The notes under the pieces were generated by a model that was given only the letters and a program-made list of their open reading frames with translations, was not told the origin of the DNA and did no database searches. Of a stretch of 64,000 nt of DNA, positions 41,063 through 51,231 are shown piece after piece. The stretch's first letter is position 1; each line of letters starts with the position of its first letter. Source of the stretch: Candidatus Poribacteria bacterium. Its GTDB lineage: Bacteria > Poribacteria > WGA-4E > PCPOR2b. The stretch spans positions 4,256,001 to 4,320,000 of the forward strand of contig OZ244042.1 of the NCBI GenBank assembly GCA_965215015.1, read 5' to 3'. The translations under genes were made by a program, and so were the position numbers.

Positions 41063-42232
41063 TTACCCAATCCCTAATTTCTCGTTAATCTCGCTCTGAT
41101 ACCCTTCCAAATCACAATTTTCAATCTCCGCCAACGTCACCGGGCGACCATGCCAACCGGACTCGTAGACCGCCATGCAGATCGCTTCGGATTTCATGCC
41201 CTCAATCCCATCAACCTCCGGCTTACCCCCGGTGGTGATAGCGTCTGCAAAATACTTGAGCTCTATGGCGACGGTGTCCTCAATACCACTTGGGAAGTAG
41301 TATTCGCGTTCATCATCGCTGATGTGCGCCAAAAATTCTTGGAGCAGCGCGTCGTTGTTTATGGTTTCACCACCACGAGGCGTGAGTCCCACCTCGAAGT
41401 CCAAACTACCTTCGCTACCATAAAGGGTTCTGCGACTGATGCCGTTCCCCGGTCCCGAACCGACCCATGTCCACTGCGCGGAGATACCTCTCTCAAATTT
41501 AATTGCGGAGATCATCGCATCCTCAACGTCAACATCGTAGCCGCCCTGCCGCGTTGCTGGGTCGTCATAACGGTAGGGTTCGTAAGCCTTATTGATCGCG
41601 TAAACCTCGACCGCCTCCGCGTCCAAAATAAAGCGCATGAGATCCGTAAAATGGACGCCACCATCAAGCACCCAACCGCCGCCGGCGTCCATCTTGAAAT
41701 TACGCCAACTCCATTTTCCCAAACCCTCGCCGACCTCTACCCAGAAAAACATCCGTGGATCACCAATCCGTCCTTGACGCACCGCCCATCGCCGCGCCCG
41801 CTGCACCCGGTCCAAACGATAATTTTCTGCGACAGACAGGATACGCCCGTTCTGATTCGCAGCGTCAAGGATGAGTTTACAGGCACGCATCGTGATACCG
41901 AGCGGCTTCTCGATGATGACGTGCATTCCCGCTTCCAACGCGATAACAGCAAGGGTGTGGTGGGCACTGTGGAGGGCACAGATGTCCACACAATTGAGGT
42001 CTGAATGCTTAGCGAGCATCTCTTCAACCTCCGTATAAACCGCCGGTTTTGTCCCTCCTTGAAATCCGTGTGCTTGGGTTGCCCGTTCTTCAGCACGGTT
42101 GGCATCAATGTCGCAGGCAGCGACAATGTCAAAGGATTTAATCTCGTTTAACCATAGCTCTTGATAGCCCCGCATGTGGGCACCGGACATACCTCCACAA
42201 CCAATTAATCCCATTTTGAGTCGATTTGGCAT
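41063..42232 (-). CDS. Gfo/Idh/MocA oxidoreductase
   Basis: IGCGGM, IEKP and GGGWVLDGGVH motifs. Confidence 0.92.
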   Translation of the reverse strand: MPNRLKMGLIGCGGMSGAHMRGYQELWLNEIKSFDIVAACDIDANRAEERATQAHGFQGGTKPAVYTEVEEMLAKHSDLNCVDICALHSAHHTLAVIALEAGMHVIIEKPLGITMRACKLILDAANQNGRILSVAENYRLDRVQRARRWAVRQGRIGDPRMFFWVEVGEGLGKWSWRNFKMDAGGGWVLDGGVHFTDLMRFILDAEAVEVYAINKAYEPYRYDDPATRQGGYDVDVEDAMISAIKFERGISAQWTWVGSGPGNGISRRTLYGSEGSLDFEVGLTPRGGETINNDALLQEFLAHISDDEREYYFPSGIEDTVAIELKYFADAITTGGKPEVDGIEGMKSEAICMAVYESGWHGRPVTLAEIENCDLEGYQSEINEKLGIG

Positions 42233-42356
42233 GATTTATCCTTTATTCATTTGGGAGTAAGTCGTTACTGGATTTGAAATGATACGTGATACGTAATGCG
42301 TAATAAGAAGTGTTGGTTCCTTACGTACTACACATTACGCAGAAAAAAACTGCGTA

Positions 42357-43589
42357 TCACGGACGGATTATTGTCCCATCTGCTAGTCTGACATTACCCC
42401 ACGACCAGTTGGAACGTGCGGGGTCTGTGATAGGATACTTCGCCGCCAATTCTTCGTCTATATCTATGCCGAGGCCTGGCTTGCCATTAGACCACATATA
42501 CCCGTTGCGGACTTCAGGGGTGCCCGGAAACACCTCTTTCAGTAGGTCGGTCTGGTAGGGCCCTGCCTCCTGTATACCAAAATTCCACACATTCAGGTCA
42601 AGCATGAGTTGGGCGGCGTGACCTACCGGAGAGACATCCGTGGGACCGTGCCAAGCAGTGCGGATATTGAAGGCTTCACAGAGTGCAGCCAACTTTCGCG
42701 CTGGTGTCAACCCACCGATTTGAGAGACGTGAACACGCATGAAATCGAGCAGTCGATCCTTGACCATCGGAATCATCTCGTGCGGGTTGTTGTATAGCTC
42801 ACCCATAGCAATCGGCGTACTTGTCTGCTCCCGCACCAACCGGAAGTAGTCGTTGTCCTCCGGCGCGAAAAGATCTTCCAAGAAAAAGAGTCTAAACGGT
42901 TCAAGCTCTTTTGCCAAACCGAGACCAATGATAGGCGGGAGACGCTCATGGACATCGTAGATAACCTCAACGTCCCAACCAAAAGTGGAGCGAAAATGTT
43001 CAAAGGCACGCACGATAGCGCGAACAGCTTTCACTGGGTCGTAGATACTGCCTCTCGATTCGGAAACCTTGTTTGTGATGACAGGTTTCTCGCTATGTGG
43101 TGTGTCGTCGGAAAAAAAGCGGTCTGCGCCCCCAAGTTTGAAGTAACGGAAATCATCTTCGATAAGTGCCCAGACATTTTCTTCATACTCTTTGAGGTCG
43201 TTTCCGCCTGGTACGATGTATACAGCAGCAGCCTCCCTTGATTTTCCGCCGAATAGGTCGTAAACGGGCATTCTCGCGACTTTGCCCTTGATGTCCCACA
43301 ATGCTTGGTCTACGCCGCTTATGGCATTGTTGAGGATAGGTCCATTCCGCCAGTAGGAGGACACATTGCACGACTGCCAGATGTCTTCGATGTCGGCCGG
43401 ATCCTTGCCGATGAGAAACGGACGGAGATAATCGTTGACAGCGGTTTCAACGACAAGGGCGCGTTGGGTAAAGGTCGCACAACCCAGGCCGTACAATTCC
43501 GGTTCGTTGGTCTCTATTTTGACCACATTGAGGTTCGCTGTCGGTTGGGTCACAATCACGCGAACATCACGAATCTTTAGGTTGCTCAT
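42357..43589 (-). CDS. Mannonate dehydratase/RspA-like enolase-superfamily enzyme
   Basis: GLGCATFTQR, YWRNGP, YDVHER, FFLED, MGE and AWHGP motifs. Confidence 0.88.
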   Translation of the reverse strand: MSNLKIRDVRVIVTQPTANLNVVKIETNEPELYGLGCATFTQRALVVETAVNDYLRPFLIGKDPADIEDIWQSCNVSSYWRNGPILNNAISGVDQALWDIKGKVARMPVYDLFGGKSREAAAVYIVPGGNDLKEYEENVWALIEDDFRYFKLGGADRFFSDDTPHSEKPVITNKVSESRGSIYDPVKAVRAIVRAFEHFRSTFGWDVEVIYDVHERLPPIIGLGLAKELEPFRLFFLEDLFAPEDNDYFRLVREQTSTPIAMGELYNNPHEMIPMVKDRLLDFMRVHVSQIGGLTPARKLAALCEAFNIRTAWHGPTDVSPVGHAAQLMLDLNVWNFGIQEAGPYQTDLLKEVFPGTPEVRNGYMWSNGKPGLGIDIDEELAAKYPITDPARSNWSWGNVRLADGTIIRP

Positions 43590-43720
43590 AGATTCTCCTT
43601 TAATCTACATCAACTCAAGTTACTGAGGTGTATGAAAATCCATCACACCCGTAAGTCGGGCATCTTGCCCTACCCAAAACTCTTTGGGATGACGGTTGGC
43701 AATTTGCGTTATATTATCTC

Positions 43721-44800
43721 TCACGTTTTAAGGGTGCCGCAGTAAGCACAAGCCAAAATTGGTGAGGGTCCGGCGATTGTCTCCGTCTCAGATCCCAAGT
43801 AAGGCTCATGATTGGTAACACAGTTGGGATTCTCACATGCCCGTTGATCCAATACTATCTCTCTCATCGGCGGTTGCGTCAAAGCCAACTGTTCAAGTCC
43901 CAACAAACTTGCGAGCAACGCCATCCGGATAGGTACGGCGTTTGCCGATTGGTCAAAATACGCCGCACGTACATCCTCATCTAACTCATAAGCCAATTCG
44001 TTGACACGCGGTAACGGGTGCATAATCATCGCATCGGGTTTAGCGTAATCCATTATTGCGACGTCCACAAGGTAGCTCCCCCGCGCATCCTCCGGAGAGA
44101 TATCCGGCGGCAAACGTTCTTCCTGAAGACGATTCACATAGATGACATCCAGCTCGCCAATTACTTCGCTGAGTTGATTCGCCTCAGCCGGTTCCTGACC
44201 GTAGAGATGTTTCAAACGGGTAGAGACCCATTCAGGCATCTGAAATCCTTCAGGCGAAATATGGAGGAGCTTCCCACCAAATCGTGCAACCCCCAGTGCG
44301 AGTGAATGCGCCGCCCGCCCGTATCGCAGATCGCCACAAATGCCGACCATCAGGCCTTCTATCTGGCCTTTCCGTTGCAGGATTGTGTATAAGTCTGTGA
44401 GTGCCTGTGTGGGATGCCTATGGCTGCCATCGCCGCCATTAATCACTGGGACATTGGAATAGCGAGCCATAACATGGGCGGCACCGGCCCAACTGTGACG
44501 CACAACAATCAGGTCTGAATAGTTAGTAACCATGCGGGCGGTATCCGCAATCGTTTCACCCTTTGCAACGGAAGCAGCATCGGGGTCTGCGAAGCCGAGG
44601 GCCCGTCCATCAAGCCGCCCTATCGCACTTTCAAAGGAGAGACGCGTCCGTGTGCTCGGTTCGTAAAAAAGTGTTGCCAATAGTTTGCCTTTACAGAAGC
44701 CGGACCATGTAGCCAGCTGCGTCCGCATCTGATCTGCGAGTCGAAAAATCTGTTCAATTTCAAAGTTGGATAAGTCATCAAGCGCGATGAGATGTCTCAT
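43721..44800 (-). CDS. pyrB: Aspartate carbamoyltransferase with fused PyrI-like Zn domain
   Basis: FYEPSTRTRLSFE, HPTQAL and HPLPR motifs; C-terminal CENPNC...CAYC. Confidence 0.9.
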   Translation of the reverse strand: MRHLIALDDLSNFEIEQIFRLADQMRTQLATWSGFCKGKLLATLFYEPSTRTRLSFESAIGRLDGRALGFADPDAASVAKGETIADTARMVTNYSDLIVVRHSWAGAAHVMARYSNVPVINGGDGSHRHPTQALTDLYTILQRKGQIEGLMVGICGDLRYGRAAHSLALGVARFGGKLLHISPEGFQMPEWVSTRLKHLYGQEPAEANQLSEVIGELDVIYVNRLQEERLPPDISPEDARGSYLVDVAIMDYAKPDAMIMHPLPRVNELAYELDEDVRAAYFDQSANAVPIRMALLASLLGLEQLALTQPPMREIVLDQRACENPNCVTNHEPYLGSETETIAGPSPILACAYCGTLKT

Positions 44801-44932
44801 AGGCTCCTTATTGATGATATTGAATCGGTTTATAGGTTAGTAGAATAACTCAAGTTGCTAGGTATTGAAAATCCATCGGTCCTCTGTTAAGGTTGAACCC
44901 CTTGACCTTTCACTCCAGTTGTAATGAACCAA

Positions 44933-45856
44933 TTACGTTTTCAGACTTCCCACCAATTCTGTGATTGAACGTATCCCATGCCGTTCTAGATATTCTTCGA
45001 TGCCGTCTATTACATCCAAAGAGGCACATGGATTGATGAAGTTTGCTGTCCCGACAGCAACAGCGGAAGCTCCCGCGATACAAAACTCGATAGCATCGTC
45101 GCCGGTCATGATGCCGCCCATGCCGATGATTGGAATGCTGACAGCATTATAGACCTGCCAGACCATGCACAAAGCGATCGGCTTGATTGCGGGCCCCGAA
45201 AGCCCTCCTGTCACGTTGGCAAGCTGTGGCCGACGGGTGTTGATGTTAATCGCCATGCCTAGAGCGGTGTTAATCACGGAAAGCCCATCGGCACCGGCGC
45301 CCTCCGCAGCACGGGCAATGACGGTAATATCTGTGACGTTTGGCGAGAGTTTAACCAGTAGCGGTAGGCTAGTTTTCTCTCTAACACCTTTAACGAGCTC
45401 ATCGGTCAACTTTGGGTCAACACCAAAACTCATCCCACCACAATGGAGATTTGGGCAGGAGATGTTGAGTTCGATTGCCGCAACTCCATCGGCAGCGTCC
45501 AACTTTTCTGTGACCTCCAAATACTCTTCCACCTGCTCACCGCAGATGTTGACAATGACGGGAACATCAAAGTTGCGGAGGTAAGGCAGCTTTTTATCGA
45601 TAAACCCCTCCACGCCAACATTTTGCAGCCCGATTGCGTTGAGCATACCCGACGGCGTTTCAAAGATTCGTGGCATCGAATTTCCCGCCCACGGCACATT
45701 GGTAATGCCTTTGACAACGACCGCACCAAGCCGGTTCAAGTCAACGAAGTCCACGTACTCACTGCCATAACCAAAAGTCCCCGATGCTGTCATGACAGGG
45801 TTTTTCATCTGGATGCCGGCGATATTAACTTCAAGTGAAGGCTGAATGTCACTCAT
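44933..45856 (-). CDS. pyrD: Dihydroorotate dehydrogenase class 1B, catalytic subunit
   Basis: [27 protein letters not shown] and GGLSG motifs. Confidence 0.95.
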   Translation of the reverse strand: MSDIQPSLEVNIAGIQMKNPVMTASGTFGYGSEYVDFVDLNRLGAVVVKGITNVPWAGNSMPRIFETPSGMLNAIGLQNVGVEGFIDKKLPYLRNFDVPVIVNICGEQVEEYLEVTEKLDAADGVAAIELNISCPNLHCGGMSFGVDPKLTDELVKGVREKTSLPLLVKLSPNVTDITVIARAAEGAGADGLSVINTALGMAININTRRPQLANVTGGLSGPAIKPIALCMVWQVYNAVSIPIIGMGGIMTGDDAIEFCIAGASAVAVGTANFINPCASLDVIDGIEEYLERHGIRSITELVGSLKT

Positions 45857-45866
45857 TTTTCCACCC

Positions 45867-46208
45867 TCATTCCGCATATAGGGCATCTGTTTTGGCAGCC
45901 ATAATGAAATCGTTCCGATGCAGCCCTCTGATTTTATGCGTCCACCATGTGACAGTCACCCTTCCCCATTCGGTCAAGAGCGCGGGATGGTGTCCTTCCT
46001 CCTCCGCCAGCTCTCCCACACGGTTTGTAAATGCTAATGCCTGTGCAAAACCATCAAATCGGAAAAGACGTTCCAACCGCTTAATTTTATCGCGCTCAAT
46101 CAATTCCCATTCGGAAACTTGCGGGTAATATTCTGCAATCTCTGCCTCAGTAACCTTTGGTGCGTCCCGACGGCAGGCAACACATTTCATCCCTGTTAAC
46201 CCTTCCAT
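45867..46208 (-). CDS. phhB: Pterin-4-alpha-carbinolamine dehydratase
   Basis: AEEEGHHP and [19 protein letters not shown] motifs. Confidence 0.93.
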   Translation of the reverse strand: MEGLTGMKCVACRRDAPKVTEAEIAEYYPQVSEWELIERDKIKRLERLFRFDGFAQALAFTNRVGELAEEEGHHPALLTEWGRVTVTWWTHKIRGLHRNDFIMAAKTDALYAE

Positions 46209-46385
46209 GATTAATCTCCTTTTAAATTAAATTCTGTTGACATTTGATAAATTGAATCAATCCAGATGCACTTGAAATGATTTCAGGCAACCGCCCCGGC
46301 AGTTGGCGAACTGTTCGGCGATTCCAGCATCCCCTTTGGCAGCAGCCAAATGTCAACGCGCTCTCCCCTTTTTAGGGTTCACGCT

Positions 46386-47189
46386 TCACCAAATAATATC
46401 CTCAGCGTTAAACACAGGTCCCTCGGTACAAACCCGTTGATATTCAAATCCGCCTCCCGGTATTTGCACTTTGCAGACGCAACCGAGGCAGACCCCCAGC
46501 GCGCACCCCATCCGATTCTCCATCGCCAATTGTGTGGGAATACGATAATCCCGCGCAATTTTTGTAACGGCATATAACATCCCATCGGGGCCACAAGCGT
46601 AGATGATAGGATTTTGCAGATCATGGGTTTCTAGGATATACGTAAGCAGCTCGGTGACAAATCCATGATGTCCTACACTGCCATCATCCGTTGCAATATG
46701 TGTCTCCACACCAATTGCTTTTAAATCCTCTACACTTAACAAGCGCAACTGGTTCATCGATCCGACCAAGCCAAGCGTGCGCGCCTCCGCATTTCGTAAT
46801 GCAATGGCAAGCAGCATCAACGATGCTATTCCTGCACCACCCCCAACGATTATGGCGGGACTAGGAACTGGCGGAATCTCGAAGGTGTTTCCAAGCGGTC
46901 CCAGCACACGGATCGAATCGCCCCACTTTAAGCTGGACAACACAGTTGTTCCCTCACCAATGAGCTGGTAGAGCATGGTGATCTGATTACCTTCAACCGT
47001 GTAGATTGTAAACGGACGGCGAAGGAGTAATCCACTACCTTGTGGGATGAGAACGTGGATGAACTGTCCGGGGAGTGCACTCGCAGCAATCTCCGGGCAC
47101 GAACAACGCAATAGATAATGGTTTTCGGCAACCAGCTCATTAGAGATGACTTCTGTAGAAAGGTCAAATTTTTTAGCGGGAGTCAGCAT
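46386..47189 (-). CDS. pyrK: Dihydroorotate dehydrogenase electron-transfer subunit
   Basis: PGQF, LRRPF, GPLGN, CGP and MGCALGVCLGC...CTEGPVF motifs. The start may instead be 47213. Confidence 0.92.
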   Translation of the reverse strand: MLTPAKKFDLSTEVISNELVAENHYLLRCSCPEIAASALPGQFIHVLIPQGSGLLLRRPFTIYTVEGNQITMLYQLIGEGTTVLSSLKWGDSIRVLGPLGNTFEIPPVPSPAIIVGGGAGIASLMLLAIALRNAEARTLGLVGSMNQLRLLSVEDLKAIGVETHIATDDGSVGHHGFVTELLTYILETHDLQNPIIYACGPDGMLYAVTKIARDYRIPTQLAMENRMGCALGVCLGCVCKVQIPGGGFEYQRVCTEGPVFNAEDIIW

Positions 47190-48037
47190 CGGATTTATGT
47201 CACTGCAAGTCAAACGTGGAGGTTCTTTACATTTTCAGAGGGAGTTCCCCCATCAAGCCCGAAGAACATTGATAATTTTACCCTGTTTTAAAAATAAACG
47301 CAACCGTTTTCCCGAATCACTAAAAATAACGCAAGTAGCTAGTTATTAGGAAGTGTTGCGAACCGCACTGGGAGTCAATCCCCGCTCGAAGTGGATTGAC
47401 AAATCCACTGCACAAAATACCTAACACGATGGGGCGACAATCCTGGCTTAATCCGCCCGGAACATTGCGCTATGGTCCGGGGACTTATGGCTTGGGTATG
47501 CGTACTCAAGTCTTAGACTCTCGGCGAAGTCGGATCCGAGCGGATTTGACAACCAGCAGCTTAAGTTAAAAATCTGCAAAGAGATTTCCGGTAACGTAGA
47601 AATTTTGTTGTATTTTTGCGAAATCGTGCTATAATCTTTGGCGGCTACCATTATAATTCGAGGTGCCGCCTTACTCGGGAAGGAATAGGCAACAACCTGA
47701 GTTATTATAGCAGTTTGATTATCAAAAATCCTTTAGGATTGGCTTTTCTTGGTTTCAAAAACATTTGGGTGTATAATTGACCTATAGCCATACCTCCTGC
47801 CGAAAAACGGTTATCAGGGGTAAAAACCGAGGCGGCTTTCTGATACTGGGACAGCAGTGTGTTGTAGGCGGTATGGCTGTCCAAATAAATCGGGACGAAT
47901 GGGCAGGGCATTGTTCATTGCAGTAACGGATGTCAAACGGGCTTCGGATCGCTACCCGTGTTGATAGGACAATTCGACACCTAAAGGAACGGGTAGGATT
48001 TAGGTGTGGGAGTATATCAAAAAGGAAGGAGAAACAG

Positions 48038-48739
48038 ATGGGTAGAAAGATTGAACAGTTATTTCGTGCACCTTACGGTGTACCCAACGGCTTGCAAGCG
48101 ACAGATGAGGGGTTGTGGATCGCGGACCAAATCACCGATCGGGTGGCGTTGGTGGAGATTACCGAAGCCTCGGATTATGGAGTGACCAAACTTATCCGGG
48201 ATATTCCGAGTGATTGCTCTAACACCAGCGGCATGGCTTATGGCGGTGAGGCGCTCTGGTTAGCGGCGAATGGCCCTGGAGACAGGTGGCGTCCAGCACG
48301 ACCAAACGACGCAAAACCGGGGATGGGAGAAATCATTAAGACCGATCCGCACACCGGAGAATGCCTCGGTCGGTATCCGATACCGGATGGCGGTGGCACG
48401 CACGGTGTGGAATACGATCATTACGAAGAGGGGTATCTCTGGGTCGAAACGCTGAAAAACCAGATTATGCATAAAGTGCGGATTTCAGATTGGTCTGTTC
48501 AGCACTCGATTCCGTTACCGTACGGACGGGGACACGGTGTCGTACGGGTGGAGGACGGCATTTGGGTCGTGCACACCTCCGACCGGGTAATCGTCAAACT
48601 CGATTTGGACAATGGTGCAGAACTAGATCGGATCGAGGTGCCGGAGGACGCCCCTGAGCCGCATGGTCTGTCAATCTACGGGGATGATTTCCTCTACTGC
48701 GACGCCACATCTGGATGGATAACGAAGGTTTCAGTATAA
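48038..48739 (+). CDS. Small beta-propeller-like hypothetical protein
   Basis: Repeated P.G/HG + LW.. blades; AAGGAG RBS before the ATG at 48038. Confidence 0.75.
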   Translation: MGRKIEQLFRAPYGVPNGLQATDEGLWIADQITDRVALVEITEASDYGVTKLIRDIPSDCSNTSGMAYGGEALWLAANGPGDRWRPARPNDAKPGMGEIIKTDPHTGECLGRYPIPDGGGTHGVEYDHYEEGYLWVETLKNQIMHKVRISDWSVQHSIPLPYGRGHGVVRVEDGIWVVHTSDRVIVKLDLDNGAELDRIEVPEDAPEPHGLSIYGDDFLYCDATSGWITKVSV

Positions 48740-49248
48740 ACGGGACGAGTCAAGGCGTATATCCAAAGGTACGGGTTAGAAAACAACTCCTGACCTTTTT
48801 CTAAAATGACCGGTGCCTTGAGGCCCTTCCCATCCGGGAGCTTGATGAACTGTGCCCCCATCTCATCCGCGGACCACGACCGATCCGGTATTTCCTGCAG
48901 CGGATTTGGGGTTATCAAGATCGCGGCGTGTGGGGCCCCAGTCGTATTTTTGCCACCACTTCTGGTGAGAGTATCTGCACCTCCACCCGCTTTTTTAGTG
49001 CGGCAGGGACCTCATCCGCGGTTACCAGGAAAGGAATTTTCCATCCGCGGCAGGCTTGCGATTGCGGCTGGCCTATACTCAAGGGGTAAGACATCTTTAT
49101 CAAGAGATCGTTCAAATGCCACCGCTCTCAATATAAATTCCTCAGACCCCACACGGTTTTTATAAACTCGATACCCGACATAGCAGACTGAAAGCAATAC
49201 AATACAACCGACTGTCATGATACTAGGCAGATGCCGATGTCTAAACAT
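48740..49248 (-). pseudogene. Degraded gene for an N-terminally anchored hypothetical protein
   Basis: GGAGG RBS, TM-like N-terminus, early TGA (49014-49012) and protein-like segments spread across frames. Confidence 0.4.
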
Positions 49249-49691
49249 GCTATCCCCTCCTTCTCAATCAGTTATTATTGGTACTGCAACCCGAATACGA
49301 GCAAAGCCCTGTCGAGAAAGTAACTCTGGCCCGGCTGTTTGGGTTGGTATTGCTATACTGGTTCGACCCTTGTAAATTCCGGTTCATGTGGTAATAGATC
49401 TCAGTATTCCAGCCCTGAACCTCCCACCGCGTGCCCTTTATCACGCGCGCGATAATAACAGGTATCCCACGTTACCTCTGTAGTGAGCTTGCTACTGCTG
49501 AGCACCTCTATTCTTTCGGAGTTCCGCGTCATTTGGATAGGGATTGATAACCGATTATGACTATAGACATCATACACCTGAAAAACAGCATACTACCCAA
49601 CTACGGCTGCCAACATTCCGCTAATAAAAAACATTACTTTGAAACGTCGTGAAGCCAACATCATTCATCCACCTTGAAAAGTTATTGGAAT

Positions 49692-49819
49692 AGGACTTAC
49701 GCAAAATGAATAGACATAATGGGTGAAACAGAGTAGAATGAGCGGCATGGCGGAAAATATGACTCAACCCACTCGATTCCTATCAGTATCTGCTCAGCAG
49801 TTCCCTCAACTATACCTGA
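49692..49819 (+). mobile_element. IS end with frameshifted transposase N-terminal remnant (IS701-like)
   Basis: AGGACTTACGCA terminus, then MTQPTRF/(frameshift)/YQYLLSSSLNYT-stop, resembling recalled TRxDYCQYLLSSQINYT transposase starts. Confidence 0.5.
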
Positions 49820-50032
49820 GGGGTGCTCACAATAATTGTTTGAATCGCGGATTCAGCAGAGCCTGTTTGAAAAGTCGTTTAATTCAGCAAACTTCTCGAT
49901 GATTTTATTTGTATCCAGATTGACAATTCCAATGCGGTTCGACTATCAAACGCGGAATCGTGCCAGCCGGCAAGAAGTAGGGTTATCTAACGTCATGCGA
50001 GAATTTCCTATCCCTGTCCCGTCTTGCTGCTT

Positions 50033-51157
50033 TTATTTCCCTTCTTGAGGTACTCCCCACGCTTCCCCAGAAAACGTTACGTTTGTAGCTACTGTGGAAG
50101 TTAGAATAAACGATTGACCCCCAGTAATTGGGTTGTCCCCATCATCACCTACTCTGCCGATTGTTTTGAACTGACCGTCATCCTCAACGATAATGGCAAC
50201 AATTATAGGCACGGCAAGCAATAAATTGCTTACTGAATATGAGGGAAAAAGAGGTTTTCGGGGGATGCCTATGAAACTCGTTCCACTATGTATATGGACT
50301 GAAGAATCAAGTGCCTCTCCCGTCAATCGTAGGGTCATCGCATTATTCATAAAAGCAATAACCCCTTCATAACTTCGCAAACTCCTGTCTGCAGTCCTAT
50401 CCCCGAAATAGTTCTCCCAGCTTTGGGTATCGTGATCGAAGGCCCTGAGATAGCTGACTTCTGTCAGCACATCGTACAAGTCCCCTAGGGTTTCAATGCT
50501 GATTGCTTGTCCGTCAACAGATTTGACCTTTAAGGGGATATGAATGAAATTCATGCCTTCATGGACAGTCAGGTCGAAATGAAACTGTAATGCGGTGGTC
50601 GTCCCGGCAAGGGCCCGGCTCCCTCCGAGACCATTGGTGACATCCCTAAGTTCGTCATGGTCCTCATCGTGGTAGTCATTGTGGTCATGGTCGTAGTCCT
50701 CATCATCCTCGTAGTCGTCGTTGTGGTCATGGTCGTGGTCCTCATCATCATCCTCGTAGTCGTCATTGTGGTCATGGTCGTAGTCCTCATCATCATCCTC
50801 GTAGTCGTCATCACGATCTTGTGCACTCTGGCTATACATGTTGTAATCCGGCTTTTGGGCTGTTGGGTAAATCACTACCCTGTTGCTAGAACCACTTAGA
50901 CTAGAGTTAATCGCTCCATCTTCACCGGAGTTGTGCTGCTCTAATGTATCCTTTTCAGGGGCTTTCGTGTTACCGGTTTTCTTTAGATGTTCATCGTCAA
51001 GAGTGTCCAAACCAACATCGTAGGTCAAGGGGTTATGGGGCTCACTTTCCTCATTTATATCTAGACGATCCGATCCTCGGTGTTTGATTGCACAACCTAT
51101 CACTATAAACAGCAGACATGTTGTAATACTTAGATATTTGTTTAATCTTGTAGACAC
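50033..51157 (-). CDS. Lipoprotein with His/Asp tandem repeats and C-terminal beta-rich domain
   Basis: Lipobox IVIGC; about 3.5 copies of DDYEDDDED(Y/H)DHDHN. Confidence 0.75.
   Translation of the reverse strand: MSTRLNKYLSITTCLLFIVIGCAIKHRGSDRLDINEESEPHNPLTYDVGLDTLDDEHLKKTGNTKAPEKDTLEQHNSGEDGAINSSLSGSSNRVVIYPTAQKPDYNMYSQSAQDRDDDYEDDDEDYDHDHNDDYEDDDEDHDHDHNDDYEDDEDYDHDHNDYHDEDHDELRDVTNGLGGSRALAGTTTALQFHFDLTVHEGMNFIHIPLKVKSVDGQAISIETLGDLYDVLTEVSYLRAFDHDTQSWENYFGDRTADRSLRSYEGVIAFMNNAMTLRLTGEALDSSVHIHSGTSFIGIPRKPLFPSYSVSNLLLAVPIIVAIIVEDDGQFKTIGRVGDDGDNPITGGQSFILTSTVATNVTFSGEAWGVPQEGK
50652..50811 (-). repeat. In-frame 42-45 bp tandem repeat encoding a D/H/E/Y-rich tract
   Basis: Direct repeats of the type tcattgtggtcatggtcgtagtcctcatcatcatcctcgtagtcg. 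Confidence 0.85.
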
Positions 51158-51231
51158 TAGCTATTTCCTCCTATTAGCTGCTTCGTATTCCACCTGTAAA
51201 AAACATGAAAAAGAAGCATATTTGATAAAGC

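Noticed and set aside
41150-42004. 284-aa plus-strand ORF
   Set aside because: Antisense shadow of the Gfo/Idh/MocA gene. The other short overlapping ORFs in the track (e.g. 26550-27221, 32462-33148) were rejected for the same reason.
47214-47290. PyrR attenuator or FMN riboswitch upstream of pyrK
   Set aside because: A hairpin is possible, but the PyrR-binding consensus and the FMN core are absent.
49012-49014. Second selenocysteine read-through
   Set aside because: The frame stays open after this TGA, but there is no redox-motif context or clear SECIS, and another frame looks more protein-like; decay is more likely.
50652-50811. CRISPR array
   Set aside because: The repeats are contiguous, in-frame and coding, with no unique spacers and no cas genes.
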